Origin: Octopus bimaculoides
Lineage: Eukaryota
Assembly (NCBI RefSeq): GCF_001194135.2
Contig: NC_068994.1
Coordinates: 15,068,719 to 15,120,941, forward strand
Direction: 5' to 3'
Length of the DNA: 52,223 nucleotides
Part shown: positions 12,725 to 26,167 of the stretch, piece after piece
Position numbering within the stretch: position 1 is the first letter of the stretch
Layout of the letters: every line of letters begins with the position of its first letter
Program-made: the position numbers and the translations under genes
The notes under the pieces: generated by a model
The model's input: the letters and a program-made list of their open reading frames with translations, nothing else
The model's database searches: none
What the model was told of the DNA's origin: nothing

Positions 12725-13556
12725 CTCATCCTCTTCCTCATCATTTAATGTCTACCTTTCCATGATTACAGGAGTCAAACAGAATTTGCTATGGTAGATT
12801 TTGTATGCCTGGATGCCCTTCCTATTGCCAACTCTCATCTGTTTCCCAAGATAGTTAAAATTTTCCTATAGCCAGACATGTTTGTCATACAAAACTGGAA
12901 ATGAACAAGCTCACTCGTATGATGATGCACATTTACAATCATCATATGGTGACAAAACAAGAATACACACCACAAACACACACACACATATATGATAGAT
13001 AGATTGATGGCACTCCGTCGCTTACAACGTCGAGGGTTCCAGTTGATCCGATCAACGGAACAGCCTGCTCGTGAAATTAATGTGCAAGTGGCTGAGCAAT
13101 CCACAGACACGTGTACCCTTAACGTAGTTCTCGGGGGATATTCAGCGTGACACNNNNNNNNNNTGGCTGAGCAATCCACAGACACGTGTACCCTTAACGT
13201 AGTTCTCGGGGGATATTCAGCGTGACACAGAGTGTGACAAGGCTGGCCCCTTTGAATTACAGGCACAACAGAAACAGGAAGTAAGAATGAGAGAAAGTTG
13301 TGGTGAAAGAGTACAGCAGGGTTCGCCACCATCCCCTGCCGGAGTTTCGTGGAGCTTTAGGTGTTTTCGCTCAATAAACACTCACAACGCCCGGTCTGGG
13401 AATTGAAAGCGCGATCCTATGATTGCAAGTCCGCTGCCCTAACCACTGGGCCATTGCGTCTCCACATGATAGATAGATACATACATAAGTACGTACATAC
13501 ATACATACATAGGGACTTCTCACAATTTCCGTTTACCATATCTATTTGCAAAGTTT
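12725..13556 (-). mobile_element. Old SINE type C with tail Y, split by a type B insertion in its microsatellite linker
   Basis: Tail piece 12725-12990 (catcatttaatgtc...ggatgcccttcctattgccaac) and head remnant 13510-13556 flank the type B copy. Confidence 0.6.
13005..13465 (-). mobile_element. Young tRNA-derived SINE type B with a 13-bp TSD
   Basis: TSD ATGATAGATAGAT at 12992-13004 and 13466-13478. Head ggagacgcaatggcccagtgg (A box) and B-box-like ctttcaattcc. Contains an artefactual duplication around the 10-N gap. Confidence 0.93.
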
Positions 13557-14040
13557 GACATGCAGCTATAACAGAAAATGCATGCCCATGATACCATGTA
13601 GTGGGCCTGTGCCCACCACCACGTTTGGGAAGCAAGTTTCTTAACTACACAGACCTGAGTTATGAACAATGTCATCTGATGGTGGGATGCATGCTTCTGC
13701 ATAATTATAATTCACCACCAACTGTCAATCATATATTTAAACAGCAAATAAAACATTTGCTGTCATGTGCAAAGCTTTGTCAAGCTGGAATTCATTCATT
13801 AGAGGCACACTGAATAGTCACACTTGAAATATAGGTTGTACAATTACATGTTCCTGTACATTCAAACATGGAAAGACCTACACTGCAGTAACTGTCTCAG
13901 GAAAGCAATTCTCCAAAAACTGTGTTGCTTCGTTATCAGAAAGAGAAAGAAATGGTATAAAAACAGTAAGGTCAACACATTTAGTATAACAAAGAATGAT
14001 AATTCTTTTCCTGTTAAAGCTTGAGTTAATCAGACATTTT

Positions 14041-14948
14041 AATATTTCAGAAAATATTAGTTTCAGCTTTATTGTCTTTTGTTTCTTCAGCTATTTAACC
14101 ATTCCATGTGTTTATGTTCCTGAAGTGTGAGCTGAGCAACACATGGCTCTCATATTTTATTTCAATCATTGTCTAATGCTGAATATGCCATAACCAAGTT
14201 CATGTAAATAGAAGCCACGATGCAATTGGCTGTTTGACTGAAATTTCTTTGTCAAAATAGAGAATGGTTCATACATCTTATGTAGAAAGAAGCATATAAG
14301 GAAGCTATTTTTTTTTATTCAGGTTGTTACAAACAAATAATTAATAATTCAAGGCTATATATTATTTCTTCTATATTATATATCCAACAATCTCTAAATC
14401 TGCAGGTGGTTCAGTTCCATCATATTGTGCATCTTCAGCAGTGCCAATACTGGGATTGCATTGTATAATATCAATTCAGAAGAAGTAGAAGGAAAATGAT
14501 GTCAAAGTGAATTAAACATGAATGGTAATTATTTTCCTTCCTAAACCAAGAACAGATGATCAGATATTTCAATGTATTGGAAAATTTCCATTTCAGCATT
14601 TTATTTTCTTAGTTTTCAGCCATTTTAGCCATCCCATGAATGAAAGAATATTTGATTATTTTCCTACTCAAGCCTTCTTCATAAGCTTCATTCCTTTAAA
14701 TAAGATGAATGAACCATCCACCATATTGACAAACCAGCTTCAGCTTAAAAACAGCCAATCCTAACATGATTTTTATTTGCAAAAGACAGTTAAAAACATT
14801 CTAAATCACACAATGGACAAGATATGAATGCAACAGCCATGCATTGCCTAGTTTGTCTTTCAAGCACAAAATCAACACACACAGAATAGTTAAAATGACA
14901 GAAACCAAATGAAAAATAAAAGCAGAAATAGAAATTTTCCGAAATATT
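14041..14948. repeat. Large degenerate fold-back: ~265-bp inverted arms (14041-14305, 14671-14948) around a ~365-bp core
   Basis: Aligned by eye: aatatttc.gaaaat, tttaac.attc, catggct, attggctgttt, tttgtcaa, atggttcat.catcttat and gaagc.tat occur collinearly on opposite strands. Confidence 0.8.
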
Positions 14949-14954
14949 GGAATA

Positions 14955-15388
14955 GGCACAAATGTGGCCAACCATATGGTAAGAAATTTGCTCCCTAACC
15001 ACATGTTTTTCGGTTCAGTCCCATGGCATTACACCTTGAGCACGTGTTGTTTACTATAGCCTCAGACCAACCAAAGCCTTGTGAGTGAATTTGGTAGAGA
15101 GAAACTGAAAAAAAAACTCATCATATATCACACTATTGACCAGGCCATCAGGTGCCATTTTACATTGCTTGTCACAATGCATTTGCAATTTTGTTTTGAT
15201 TGCATCATTCATTTCCATTTTGACCCAAACTGCTTGACTAAATCATCTTCCCATCATCATTGCAGCCTTCCAAGCGGCTTTTTCTGATCTCTTGGATACC
15301 ACTTGGCAACTGCACCAGTTCACCTGCTGTCTGTGCACCTTGTGACATGTCCGACCCAGTGGAACTTGTGCTTTTGGTACTCTGCATT

Positions 15389-15438
<50 letters not shown>

Positions 15439-15686
15439 TATATATATACATACACACACGTGTGTGTGTTTGTGTGTTTATGTTCGTCCTCCCTACACTA
15501 CTTGACAACAGCATTGGTGTGTTTACGTCCTCATAACTTAGCAGTTCGGCAAAAGAGACCAATAGAATAAGTACAAAGCTTGAAAAACAATAAGTACTGG
15601 GGTCAATTTGTTAGCCTAAAAAATTCTTCAAGGCAGTACCCTAGCATGGCTGTAGTCTAATGACTGAAACAAGTAAAAGATAAAAG
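14955..15686 (+). mobile_element. SINE type C (head 14955-15128, tail X 15455-15686) interrupted by an RTE fragment
   Basis: Head ggttcagtccc...aaagccttgtgagtgaatttggtag; tail ctagcatggctgtagtctaatgactgaaacaagtaaaaga. Confidence 0.8.
15135..15388 (-). mobile_element. RTE-clade LINE C-terminal fragment (decayed)
   Basis: Reads KHKFHWVGHVTRCTDSR*TGAVAKWYPRDQKKPLGRL**WEDDL, the typical W-GHV-R...W-P...R-GRP..RW-D post-RT motif. Confidence 0.8.
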
Positions 15687-16419
15687 ATCCAATCAACTAA
15701 TCCAGACATTAGAAGGAAAATAATTAAGCATCGTTATTTTATTCTTAACTCAATATATCAACTTTATCATATTTCTTAATGCTCTTTCTCAGGAAAAAAA
15801 CCAACACAAAATTCCTCTTCTTTGAAATAGTATAAAGATGGAATCCTAGTGTCTCTATTGAAGATGTACAATAAACCAGAAAGTGACTAAAGATTATTAA
15901 ATGTTAAATATATAAGAAAAAATATTGCTTGGAATTATTGATTACTGATTTACTTCTAACAATTTGAAAAAAAAAAATGAGATTCAGCTATGAGAATAAG
16001 GTCATCAAAATACAGAAGTTTCCATGGATAGCCAGGCTTCATCTGCTCTGTTATGGCTTAAAATATTAGTCAATCATAAAGGCTGAGAACTGAACACTGA
16101 TGGATATCTACATGCTACATTACTTGATAATAACATTTCTACACATGGTATGCTTGGTTCTCATAAACCATTCATCTACATCTAGCTTTTTTTAGTGACT
16201 ACAAGACTAATGAGAACATGGCTTCTGGTCAAAGATCTTCCCCAGACCAAAGAAAAACTGGATACTGTTGCAAACTCTTAGCTAAGAACATTTATAGATG
16301 GATCATTAGGAAGAGAACATCAATAGTACTGCATTTTCATACAAGCTTAAACTATTTTTCATTTAAGCTGTCTTTCAAACCAAGTTATTCTATTACTATT
16401 TACACCACACACACACTCT

Positions 16420-16640
16420 ATCATCACCATCTTATGTCTGCTTGCTGGCATGCATTGAATGGGTTGTCACCACTTGAGTTGGTTTTTATTCAGAGTTATA
16501 GCCAATGTAGAAGGATAAAGATTACATTTTACCCATATATTTTATTTTTTGCAAAATTTCTATACCTAAATGCCATTCTTTTCGCCAACCACTTTAAAGA
16601 GTGTACTTGATGTATTTTATCAAGGCAACAGTACTGGAGG
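16420..16640 (-). mobile_element. Degenerate RTE-tail-type repeat fragment
   Basis: catcaccatcttatgtctgcttgctggcatgc and cgccaaccactttaaagagtgtac resemble 4795-4961. Confidence 0.5.
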
Positions 16641-17175
16641 GGTTGTTTTGTTCCAACATGACTAAAGAATACTATCTTCATTTATTCCTTCATCCCCAGC
16701 AAGATTAAAGTGTCACTTCTTCACTGCGTTCTTCATTCATTTGCTTCTTCTTTTTTTTTTCTATACAACTGTATAGAAGGAAGATGGTGAGATTGAAGAA
16801 GGCCAAAGTGATAGGAGTGAAGAATAGATGTGAGAAAATTAAAGAAGAAAACCAGAGCAGGAATGTTACAGAAGAGTAATGGAAGACAGAATGTGGTAGG
16901 CAGTTGTATGATGGTTGTTGGTGAAGGGAATGAATAGAAAGAAATGACTGTGAAGTAGTTAAATTAAGTTATTGGTAAGAGAGATCGAATACAAAACGCA
17001 TGACCAAAACTGTAACAGAACAAAATGGGAAAGAACCAGAGTAAGGGGGTGACAGCGGCGAGATTAATAAGAGTGACACATGGCTATATGATCATTGGGT
17101 AATGGAAGAAGTAATTGAAGAAACAGCGACAGGAGAGAACATGAGTGATGAATATCAATAATGAGGAATAAGGTG

Positions 17176-17216
<41 letters not shown>

Positions 17217-17301
17217 GAGCAGACTACAGAGACTCAGATATAGAGGTTAAAATGGTCCATTTTATGTGTATATTTTATGTACATATATGCATGCATGTAC
17301 G

Positions 17302-17352
<51 letters not shown>

Positions 17353-17489
17353 AAGTAACCAGAAGATGGATTTGGTATTAATTTTTATTTTGTACAACCC
17401 ATGTCAACCCATCCTGCTACCGTGGAGCAAGTCAGACTGTCTGTGAGCTGCCCTAGTCTTGAGGCGACTGTGATGACAGACTTATGGTG

Positions 17490-18099
17490 AGATTGAGTAC
17501 GAGTGCTTTTTATGTGGCACCAGCCCCCTACAAGCCCACAAGATTAGGAACGCTCAGCTGGAGCAGGATGCAAGGAACAAGCCTGTATGCAAGGATGACA
17601 CTTTCACTTAGCTTGACATGTCTTTTCAAGCACAGCAAATTGCCAGGAATCTCGGTCCCCTGTCATCCCCTCTGTGAGTCCCAACATCTGAAGATCAGTT
17701 CTCGCTACTTCGTCCCACATCCTCCCGAGTCTACACCTTTCCACATGCTCCCTCTGCAATTCGGGATCAGCACCTCTTCATGCAACTGTCTTCATTTATA
17801 CGCATTACATGGCCATACCAATGTAGTCTTCTCTCTTGTACACAACATCTGATGCCTCATACACTCAGTTTTTCTCTTAAATCACACACACTCCAATATA
17901 TATGTACACAGACATTACCCATCCAGCAGAGCATACCGACTTCATTTCTTTTGAGTCTTCGCATACCGTCAGTAGTCACAGTCCATGTCGCACTACCACA
18001 ATGCATAGCTGTTTGTACACAGGCATCGTACAATCTGCCTTTTACTCTGAGGGAGAAGTCCTTCATTACTAACAGAGGTAGTACCTTTCTGAACTTCAA
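17490..18099 (-). mobile_element. RTE-clade LINE 3' end (coding remnant 18099-17604 plus 3' UTR)
   Basis: KFRKVLPLL...LRVKGRLYDACVQTAM..GSATW...RRLKRNEVGMLCWM, then LHWYGHVMRM...GRLRKTWDEVV...FAVLEKTCQAK*, with a frameshift. Confidence 0.9.
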
Positions 18100-18311
18100 T
18101 TAATGTCTGCTTTCCATGCTGGCCTGGTTTGGACTTATATATATATGTACACACACACATACATACACAAATATATATATCATCATCATCATAACTGGCA
18201 TTTTAATGCCCACTTCTGTATTCTTGCTCATGTCAAAAAAGGCTGTCCAACAAAATTTCATCTGGCCTACATAAGCATGGAAAAATGAGTGTCAAAATAA
18301 TGGTGATGATG

Positions 18312-18355
<44 letters not shown>

Positions 18356-18408
18356 GACATTGAGAGGGCTCTGATGAAGCTATAAGATGCCTCTTCATGA
18401 CATTCTCT

Positions 18409-18439
<31 letters not shown>

Positions 18440-19687
18440 ATACATATACATGCGTGTGTATGTCTCTCTCTCTCTCTCACTTTATATATAGTCTTACCTA
18501 TTTCTATACACACATATATACAGCCATATACATTGTTTGTATGTGTATGTGTGTGTGTATCTGTGCGCACGTGCACACAGACATACACATACTTTTAAAC
18601 ATATTCAAGTATGCATACATTCATGTGCATGAATGCATACACACAGATATATACAATAAAAAAATTGCAGATTCACATTTTACAATTCCATGAAATAAAA
18701 ATATCTATTAGTTGTTGTATAGTCAAGGAGTTGTGATATATTTAATTGAATATTTAACAATTGTAGAAGTACAGAGGCGTTGCCCGTTCTGTCATGTGGA
18801 CAAAGAAATAGTTTGAAATATATTGAAGAGCATATGGTAAGGTTATTATCTAGAACAAGGAAGAAACTAGATTTTTTCCTTGTTACTACATGTAAGAATA
18901 CCAATGATTGAATAAGTTATTTTTTCCCCCCATGATTAAAATAAAGTATATAAATTAATGAAGTCAGTGAATTATAAGACCAATTTTGATTATGCATCTA
19001 CTACACGTTACTAAAAAAAGAGAATCAATCCATACAGTAAAGGCCTCATTCATATTTTATGAATATCAATAACTCCGACTTTAACTGCCTAACTGCTCCT
19101 GTCCTAAGTGGAAATTTCAACTGTGAGGGGAAATTGAAGATCTTTTCACAGTTTCAGAAGCAGACACTTCAAAACTTTACTCTGCTGACATTTCAAGGTT
19201 GTAATCTTTTTTTCTTCTTCTTCTTTCTTTTTTTTTTTTGCTTCCTATTTTTTTTTTCTTCATGCTACAAGAGATGTGTTAATTGGTTGAAGTCTGAAAG
19301 TGTAGCTTTTAAAAATAACAAATGCATCAGAATGAATATTTGTGTTGCTTTGTGAATCGATGGGTAACTGGAGAAAGACTAAAACTCTATCTTGATAATA
19401 TCATATCAAGGTGATTGATAGAATAGTAACTGAAATAAGCCACCATTAGATTTGAAACAATAAAAAATATAAATACACAAAAAAAAAAACATCTATTCAA
19501 AAGAAGTATTCTGCATGTTATTTTCATAAATCATTAACAATATTATAAGCATTAACAATATTACAAAGATTGTGAATATGTCTAGAATACTTGGTAAGAA
19601 ATAAATATTAACTTCTTTTGTTGCAGCTGACAAGCTCAACATTTGAAGAATGTGATACAATAAACCGATTATCTCAATGGTCTATAA

Positions 19688-19906
19688 ATATTGGTTTCGA
19701 ATTTTGGTACAAGGCCAGTAATTTTCGGGGAGGAGTAAGTTGATTACATCAACCCCAGTGCTCAACTGGTACTTATTTCATCAACCCTGAAAGGATGGAA
19801 AGGCAAAGTCGACCTCAGCAGAATTTGAACTCAGAACATAAAGACGGACAAAATTCCACTAAGCATTTTTGCCCAGCATGCTAACAATTCTGCCAGCTCA
19901 CCGCTT
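19688..19906 (-). mobile_element. SINE type A (tail variant 1)
   Basis: ggcaaagtcgacctcagcagaatttgaactcagaac...ttctgccagctcaccgc. Confidence 0.88.
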
Positions 19907-19926
19907 TATTCCCATATTTAAATATT

Positions 19927-20307
19927 CTCTCTTGGTACTCCGTCGCTAACGACATCGAGGGTTCCATTTGATCAACGGAACAGCCTACTCATGAAATTAA
20001 CATGCAAGTGGCTGAGCAGCCCACAGACACGTGTACCCTTAACGTAGTTCTCGGGGATATTCAACGTGACACAGTGTGACAAGGCTGGCCTTTTGAAATA
20101 CAGGTACAACAGAAACAGGAAGTAAGAGTGAGAGAAAGTTGTGGTGAAAGAGTACAGCAGGGTTCGCCACCATCCCCTGCCGGAGCCTTGTGGAGCTTTT
20201 AGGTGTTTTTGCTCAATAAGCACTCACAACGCCCGGTCTGGGAATCGAAACCGCGATCCTATGACCGCGAATCCGCTGCCCTAACCAATGGGCTATTGTG
20301 CCTCCAC
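19927..20307 (-). mobile_element. SINE type B with an 11-bp TSD
   Basis: TSD ATTTAAATATT at 19916-19926 and 20308-20318; B box gtttcgattcc on the minus strand. Confidence 0.93.
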
Positions 20308-23300
20308 ATTTAAATATTAGAGTGGAGTGAAAGAAAGCCAACCCATCCAAAAGTTGAATGCAAAGTAATGAGCTAAATCAAGCACAGTAACTCTTACATT
20401 CAACTTGTCTCAGGTATTGCCATTGTAAGTAGGTCTTCAGTTACATGATGTAAACATTCTCCTGGAGAGGATACGAGTTCATTTTGCATTCTAAAATAAT
20501 CTAATATTTACTCTCAACATGTAGGAGATTTGTGGCAATGCAAAATAAAAATTATTCTGATTAGGAACACTTCGACACACTACCAATAGGTAAGTAGTCC
20601 TTATCTATTCATTTTTCGTGTTTTCCTCCAAATTGCTACACAGTATAAATATTAACAAAGCTATACTTTAAATGAGAGGAACTAAAATGAATTAAAGATT
20701 ATATACGAGATGGGGGCTGCAAGAATAATGAAACTAAAAAGATTTCCCCATTTAATGGGTCAGAATTGAAATCCAATATGAGTGTTATTCTTTCTGGTAA
20801 AATAAAAATACTGACATTAAATGAATAGAAGCAGACTATCTGTGGTTCTAGAAAAAATCTGGCTCCAACAAATTAGTAATTTAGCTGATCTAAAAATTGA
20901 GAAAACTAGTTTGGTGATGAGAATAAAACAGTAGCCTGAAGTAAAAAGGAAGAATAAAGCATATATTTAAAATAATACAGGTGGATAATTGAAAGGAGCT
21001 TCTCAAAGGTCACAGTGATTTATAACGATTTGTTCTTTTTGTAATATTAAGTTCCCCAGCAAAACTGGAACTAATGTTTCTAAAAATGTCAAAGCAGCTG
21101 TAGAACACTCCTCTTGAAATGTTATAGAGTTGGTCAGTCATTATGGTTTGAATGTCAATGAAATGATCTGCCATTAATCAGTTCGCTTTTAGGATACTTT
21201 AAAAAAGCCACATAAATGAAGTCTGGGAAGTACACCAGAAAACGAATTTCTTTGTTAAAAAAAAAGAGAAAGAATAAAAGAAATCAGACAAAGATCTTTA
21301 TTAATCACTATACAATTTTCAAGTTCATTTTCAAGAAAGATAATTATTCACAACTGATTATGGTGTCTATAATGAAATAGGAAAATTTGTACAAAGAAAA
21401 TGCCTTCTTACTAGAAAAATTTCCAAATTTTTAAGCAGTTATTTCTGGCATTACTAAACAGCAAACAAAATTAATTTTGTCACAAGCAGCAATGGTATGT
21501 ACAACCTGCTTCAGCTTTATGTGATATTCTGTTTCAAATGAAATTATTGAAGCATTAGCACTGAATAAATTTTACCCAAACAATAAAATAGATGTGTCAA
21601 CAACAAAGTGAATAGTTATCAAATTATATTGTATCGTAGAACTGACAAATGCAGTATACTTTATTACACTATCATATTAGTAACTTCACAAAAATTTTAT
21701 TCAACTTATATATCATAGGGAAGCTGTACAAGTATGATGATAAAAGTCAATACCAGATGAAATTCTAATTAAACTTTATGTTCCTTCCTCAAGAAAAATG
21801 ATTACCAATAAAAGATACAATGTCTCTGGAAATTGCCAAACACAAGTTGGCTTTGTAACCGATAAAATAAATACTAGGCATTAACTAGATTTATCTAGTT
21901 GACTCCAAAATGAGACATAAGAGTGAGACACAAACCATATTACAGGTTACATGTCTACATGGGCAATAATTTCAGATAAGAACTGACACAGAATAATGGG
22001 AACTCTTCAGCTTTCCACATACAGGACAGCTTTTCTGTACTAGTGGCATGTAGTATAACTATGTAAAATGGTTAGGAATAGAAAGGTCGTCAAACTATAG
22101 AAACCATGCAAAAAAAAAGAAAAAAAAGAAATGGAACATGCAAAACATGAACTCTGCAAACTATCTAGGAGGGTAGAAAAACCAAACAAGAACTGATAGG
22201 GTACTTTTTTTTTTATTCTTCTTGCATGAACAACTTCTATAGTGTTGTTGGTACAAAAAAATTCACTCATTGAAGTGGTTGGTGATAGGTAGATCACCCA
22301 GCCATAGAAAACATGCAAAAATAAAAAAAGAAAAAAAGAAAAAGAGGGAACAAACATGTTAGGTGTGGATTATATAAACTGCATCACAGTCTATCCATCA
22401 ACGAGAGTAGTATCTCTGAATTAAGAACTGATAAATGTTAAAGACTCTTCAGTTTTTCTGCATTGAAATACTTCCTTAGTGCTGGTAACATGTTAATGAG
22501 CATTTAGTCTTCAATGTAAGACATAAACACCACTGAAACTGGTCAGTTTTCTTTGTTGCGGTGTGCAAGATGATATTAGACTGTGACATCTCATCCAATC
22601 CATGCCAGCAAGGAAAAACAGAAGTGTGATGAGGGTGATGATGATGATGATTATAACTAATCTCCCAGAAACCTATCTTCGTGTTCAAACAAAAGATAGT
22701 GAAAACAGTAAGTATAAATTCTTTTCAAAGAGAGCAGTTTGGGGTTAGAGATACACCAACAAAAACAAAATAGATCACAAAAGAACAATGATATAAAACA
22801 GAAACTGGCAGATTATCAAATAAAAGCTAGAGTTTTCTTTCTTTGTATTACCAGTTAAGAACAGATTAACCCATAATTTTAATGCTCATATCTAAAAGAT
22901 CAAATATGACAGTTTTACAACAGATAGTTTTTTTATTTCGTTTTGTTGTTGAGCTTCAGGTCAACTCTGATTGAGCAGCCAATGATCAAAAGCATTTGGT
23001 ATATGATCATCTTGTTCGTTCTTTCATCTGTTTTATGTCCCATTTTTTCCATGCTATTATGGGTTGGACAGAAATTAATTTGAAGTAGCATTTTAAAGTT
23101 GGATACCCTTCTTGTGTTCAACCCTTGTTTTTCAAGTAAGGTATAAATTTTTTATTCCACTGGTCTTTGAAAGCACGGAGCTACAGAATGTTTACAGTGA
23201 ATGTAAACACAACATCATGATTTTGCTCAGATGGAAGATGGAGAACATCAATATTCATGCATACACACACAAAGCTGTGTAGTAGCTTATTATGTGAGCA

Positions 23301-23325
23301 TACATACAGACAGACTGACATACAT

Positions 23326-23544
23326 AAGGCGGCGAGCTGGCAGAAACGTTAGCACGCCGGGCGAAATGCTTAGCGGTATTTCGTCTGCCGCTACGTTCTG
23401 AGTTCAAATTCCGCCGAGGTCGATTTTGCCTTTCATCCTTTCGGGGTCGATAAATTAAGTACCAGTTACGCACTGGGGTCAATATAATCGACTTAATCCG
23501 TTTGTCTGTCCTTGTTTGTCCCCCTTGTCGGTAGTAAAGAAATA
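23326..23544 (+). mobile_element. Young SINE type A (tail variant 2)
   Basis: aaggcggcgagctggcagaaacgttagc...gagttcaaattccgccgaggtcga; possible 6-bp TSD ATACAT (23320-23325, 23545-23550). Confidence 0.92.
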
Positions 23545-23669
23545 ATACATGATGGCTGTCAATTTGTAGGCTAGTATGACCATCACTGACAAATTATAAT
23601 ATCCTAGATGTTGAAAACAATGACTGCCAGTAATGCCTGTGCTAAAAGTTTAAGTCAATAACATCATAC

Positions 23670-23815
23670 ATACATACACACGTGACCAGATGCAATACAG
23701 GTTCTGTTTACCAATTCCACGTCCCAAAGCTCCAGCAGAAATCATTTGGCCAAGGTGCCACACAGGAGAGAAGCCAAAACTGTGTTGTTACAAAGTAAAC
23801 AGCCATATCTCTCAC
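23670..23815 (-). mobile_element. Degenerate SINE type C head
   Basis: ttctgtttaccaattccac and ttggccaaggtgccacacag match the reverse-complemented type C head. Confidence 0.55.
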
Positions 23816-26136
23816 AATCTTTTGAATATTATAGTTCACATTTTCTAAGGTATCTTTCTCTTTCAACAGATGTAGCTGCTAATTCTGGGTTTGTTTTGAT
23901 AAAATTAACTAAACGGTTATTCAAAAATTAAACTACTTTAAAACAAATTTTTTTTTTAAATTATGAAAAAGAAAGGAATTCTTGACATAATGATATTTCC
24001 TTTATATAGAAAACAAGGCAAATATTTTTGGAGAGAAAAATTAGATGCTAATAGACACTCTAAACACTATACCAAAAAGTCTGAATCTAACTGACATGGG
24101 AATTAAAACCAGACTTTAGGAATTCTAGACTCATAATAGATGACATTATATAGCAAGTTTGAATATTTTAACTTAAACTTAATGGCATCATAGGAAACCA
24201 GCTGGACGACTACGACTAGCTATAGATCAAAGAAATAATATTGAAACACATATTGATTTGTCTAAAAAAACAAGCATACAAAAAAAATTACTTTGACATC
24301 TTCAAATAAAACATTCTATTATTATTAAATAGAAGCTTGATAAAGTGACATTTGAATTAGAATTAACAGTTTGCAAAAATTTTCAAAAATATAATTAAAT
24401 AAGTTTCCTTATCCAAATTCTCAGCTTCTTAAATGAAAGTGTCTGCTACTAACAATGTTGAAACAAAAGGGTAAAGATAAAAATTGCAGTAGCTAAATAG
24501 TTATGAATAATTACTGAATGAAAAGAATAAATTCTGACTTGAGAAATGCAGAAAACTAAAAAAAACAATTCGTATGAAAAACTAGCTACAACGATTTTAG
24601 AAAATTAAAAATGAAAATTTCTGTCAACTGCCAAGGAACAAAGAAACATAAACATATGTAAGAACATTAATTTCAGGGAAGCGTTATTTTAATTTCAGAG
24701 AAATTTATAATATATAATATTACAATTACATTTTCTGAAGTGGAATTTAATATTTTGCTTTTGTAATAAAAATACTAAAGAAAATATTAAAAATTTTCTT
24801 TAATTATCAAATTACAAATATAAACATATTTCATTATAATTAAGCCCTCCAATTAATAATTTCTATGAAAATATATGGTACTCCCCAATATGCCCATTAT
24901 AAGTATCAAAACACACACACACACACACACACACACGAGACGTATAGGTACAAATTATTCATATTCAAAAGTGAAAAAAAAAAAAAATCAGATTAGTAGC
25001 TTATTACATAAAATTTAACATTTTATAATTTCAGTGAATTTATTAAGATACTGAATAAAAATCGATAATAAAAATTGTTAGAATGAAAATTATATAATCC
25101 CTTTAGAAAATACAAATGAAGCCAGCCAACTTAAAAATGCATATATTTAAATTTAATTCATAATTGTCACAGTCAAAATTATCATTTAAAAAAAAAATGT
25201 TATCTTTATCTAAAATTCTTAATTTTTATTGTACAGAGATATATGCAAATGACTACTACTACTACTACTACTACTACTACCACAACTAACTAGCAAGCGA
25301 AATCATATTCTTATCGCAGAAAAATATCGAGAACTCGTATAAGTCAATGACCTCAACCAGTTGAATAAGCTTGAGACAGTTTGATGTGGTGTGTATGTAC
25401 CAAAATAGCTAGCAGAAACTATTCGATATGTCAATTGAAGTGTAAACGTCATCATTATCAATACCACTCGTTAAAATTAATCGTAAGATGTTAAATTATG
25501 CTTTGTTTTATTAGTGAATTGAGATCTGGACGACAAAATAATAATCGACTTATTTTTATGCCATTTTTGGTAGCAACTTGGCAAATCTGTTACAGACACA
25601 AGCACACACATACACACAAAAGAACACAAGTGGGGTTCAAAATTCACAACTAATCTCTCTNNNNNNNNNNNNNNNNNNNNNNNNNNNNNNNNNNNNNNNN
25701 NNNNNNNNNNNNNNNNNNNNNNNNNNNNNNNNNNNNNNNNNNNNNNNNNNNNNNNNNNNTTTATAGTATAGTTTTATAGTAGCTTCTGTCAGTTATAATA
25801 AAAGAGGAATGGTAATAATGGTATTCCGTAGTAGTTTCAATGACGTTGGCATTATAGCAACTGTAGTAACGCTGACGAATAGTAGTAGCAATAATAATAG
25901 TAGCAAGCAGTTTTAAGACTTTAGAGTTTAGTAGCGCGCAGTAGTAGAGAATGACAAGATTGGTAAATACAATCTTTCCATGAATATATTAAGATTTTTC
26001 TATTTTGAAATAAATTGCTTTATGTCTTTTTGGCTTGTACCAGCGTATATTTCTGTATAAGCTTGTACGCCTGTCACAATGCGTGCTTTCAGAGTTTGTG
26101 TGCACGCGCGTGCGTGCACGCGTACGCGTGCCAAAC

Positions 26137-26167
<31 letters not shown>

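Noticed and set aside
13090-13227. Exact ~64-bp direct repeat flanking a 10-N gap
   Set aside because: Contig-overlap artefact inside a SINE; the other type B copies have the segment once.
16560-16610. Minus-strand GWRKEW resembling the W-rich motif expected in JMJD1C exon 2
   Set aside because: Lies in a tail-type repeat, has an upstream in-frame stop and lacks VEFD.
20398-20490. 93-nt AG...GT segment on the minus strand (possible poison cassette exon of JMJD1C)
   Set aside because: Stops in all three frames, weak pyrimidine tract and no homology; such pairs arise by chance and need RNA evidence.
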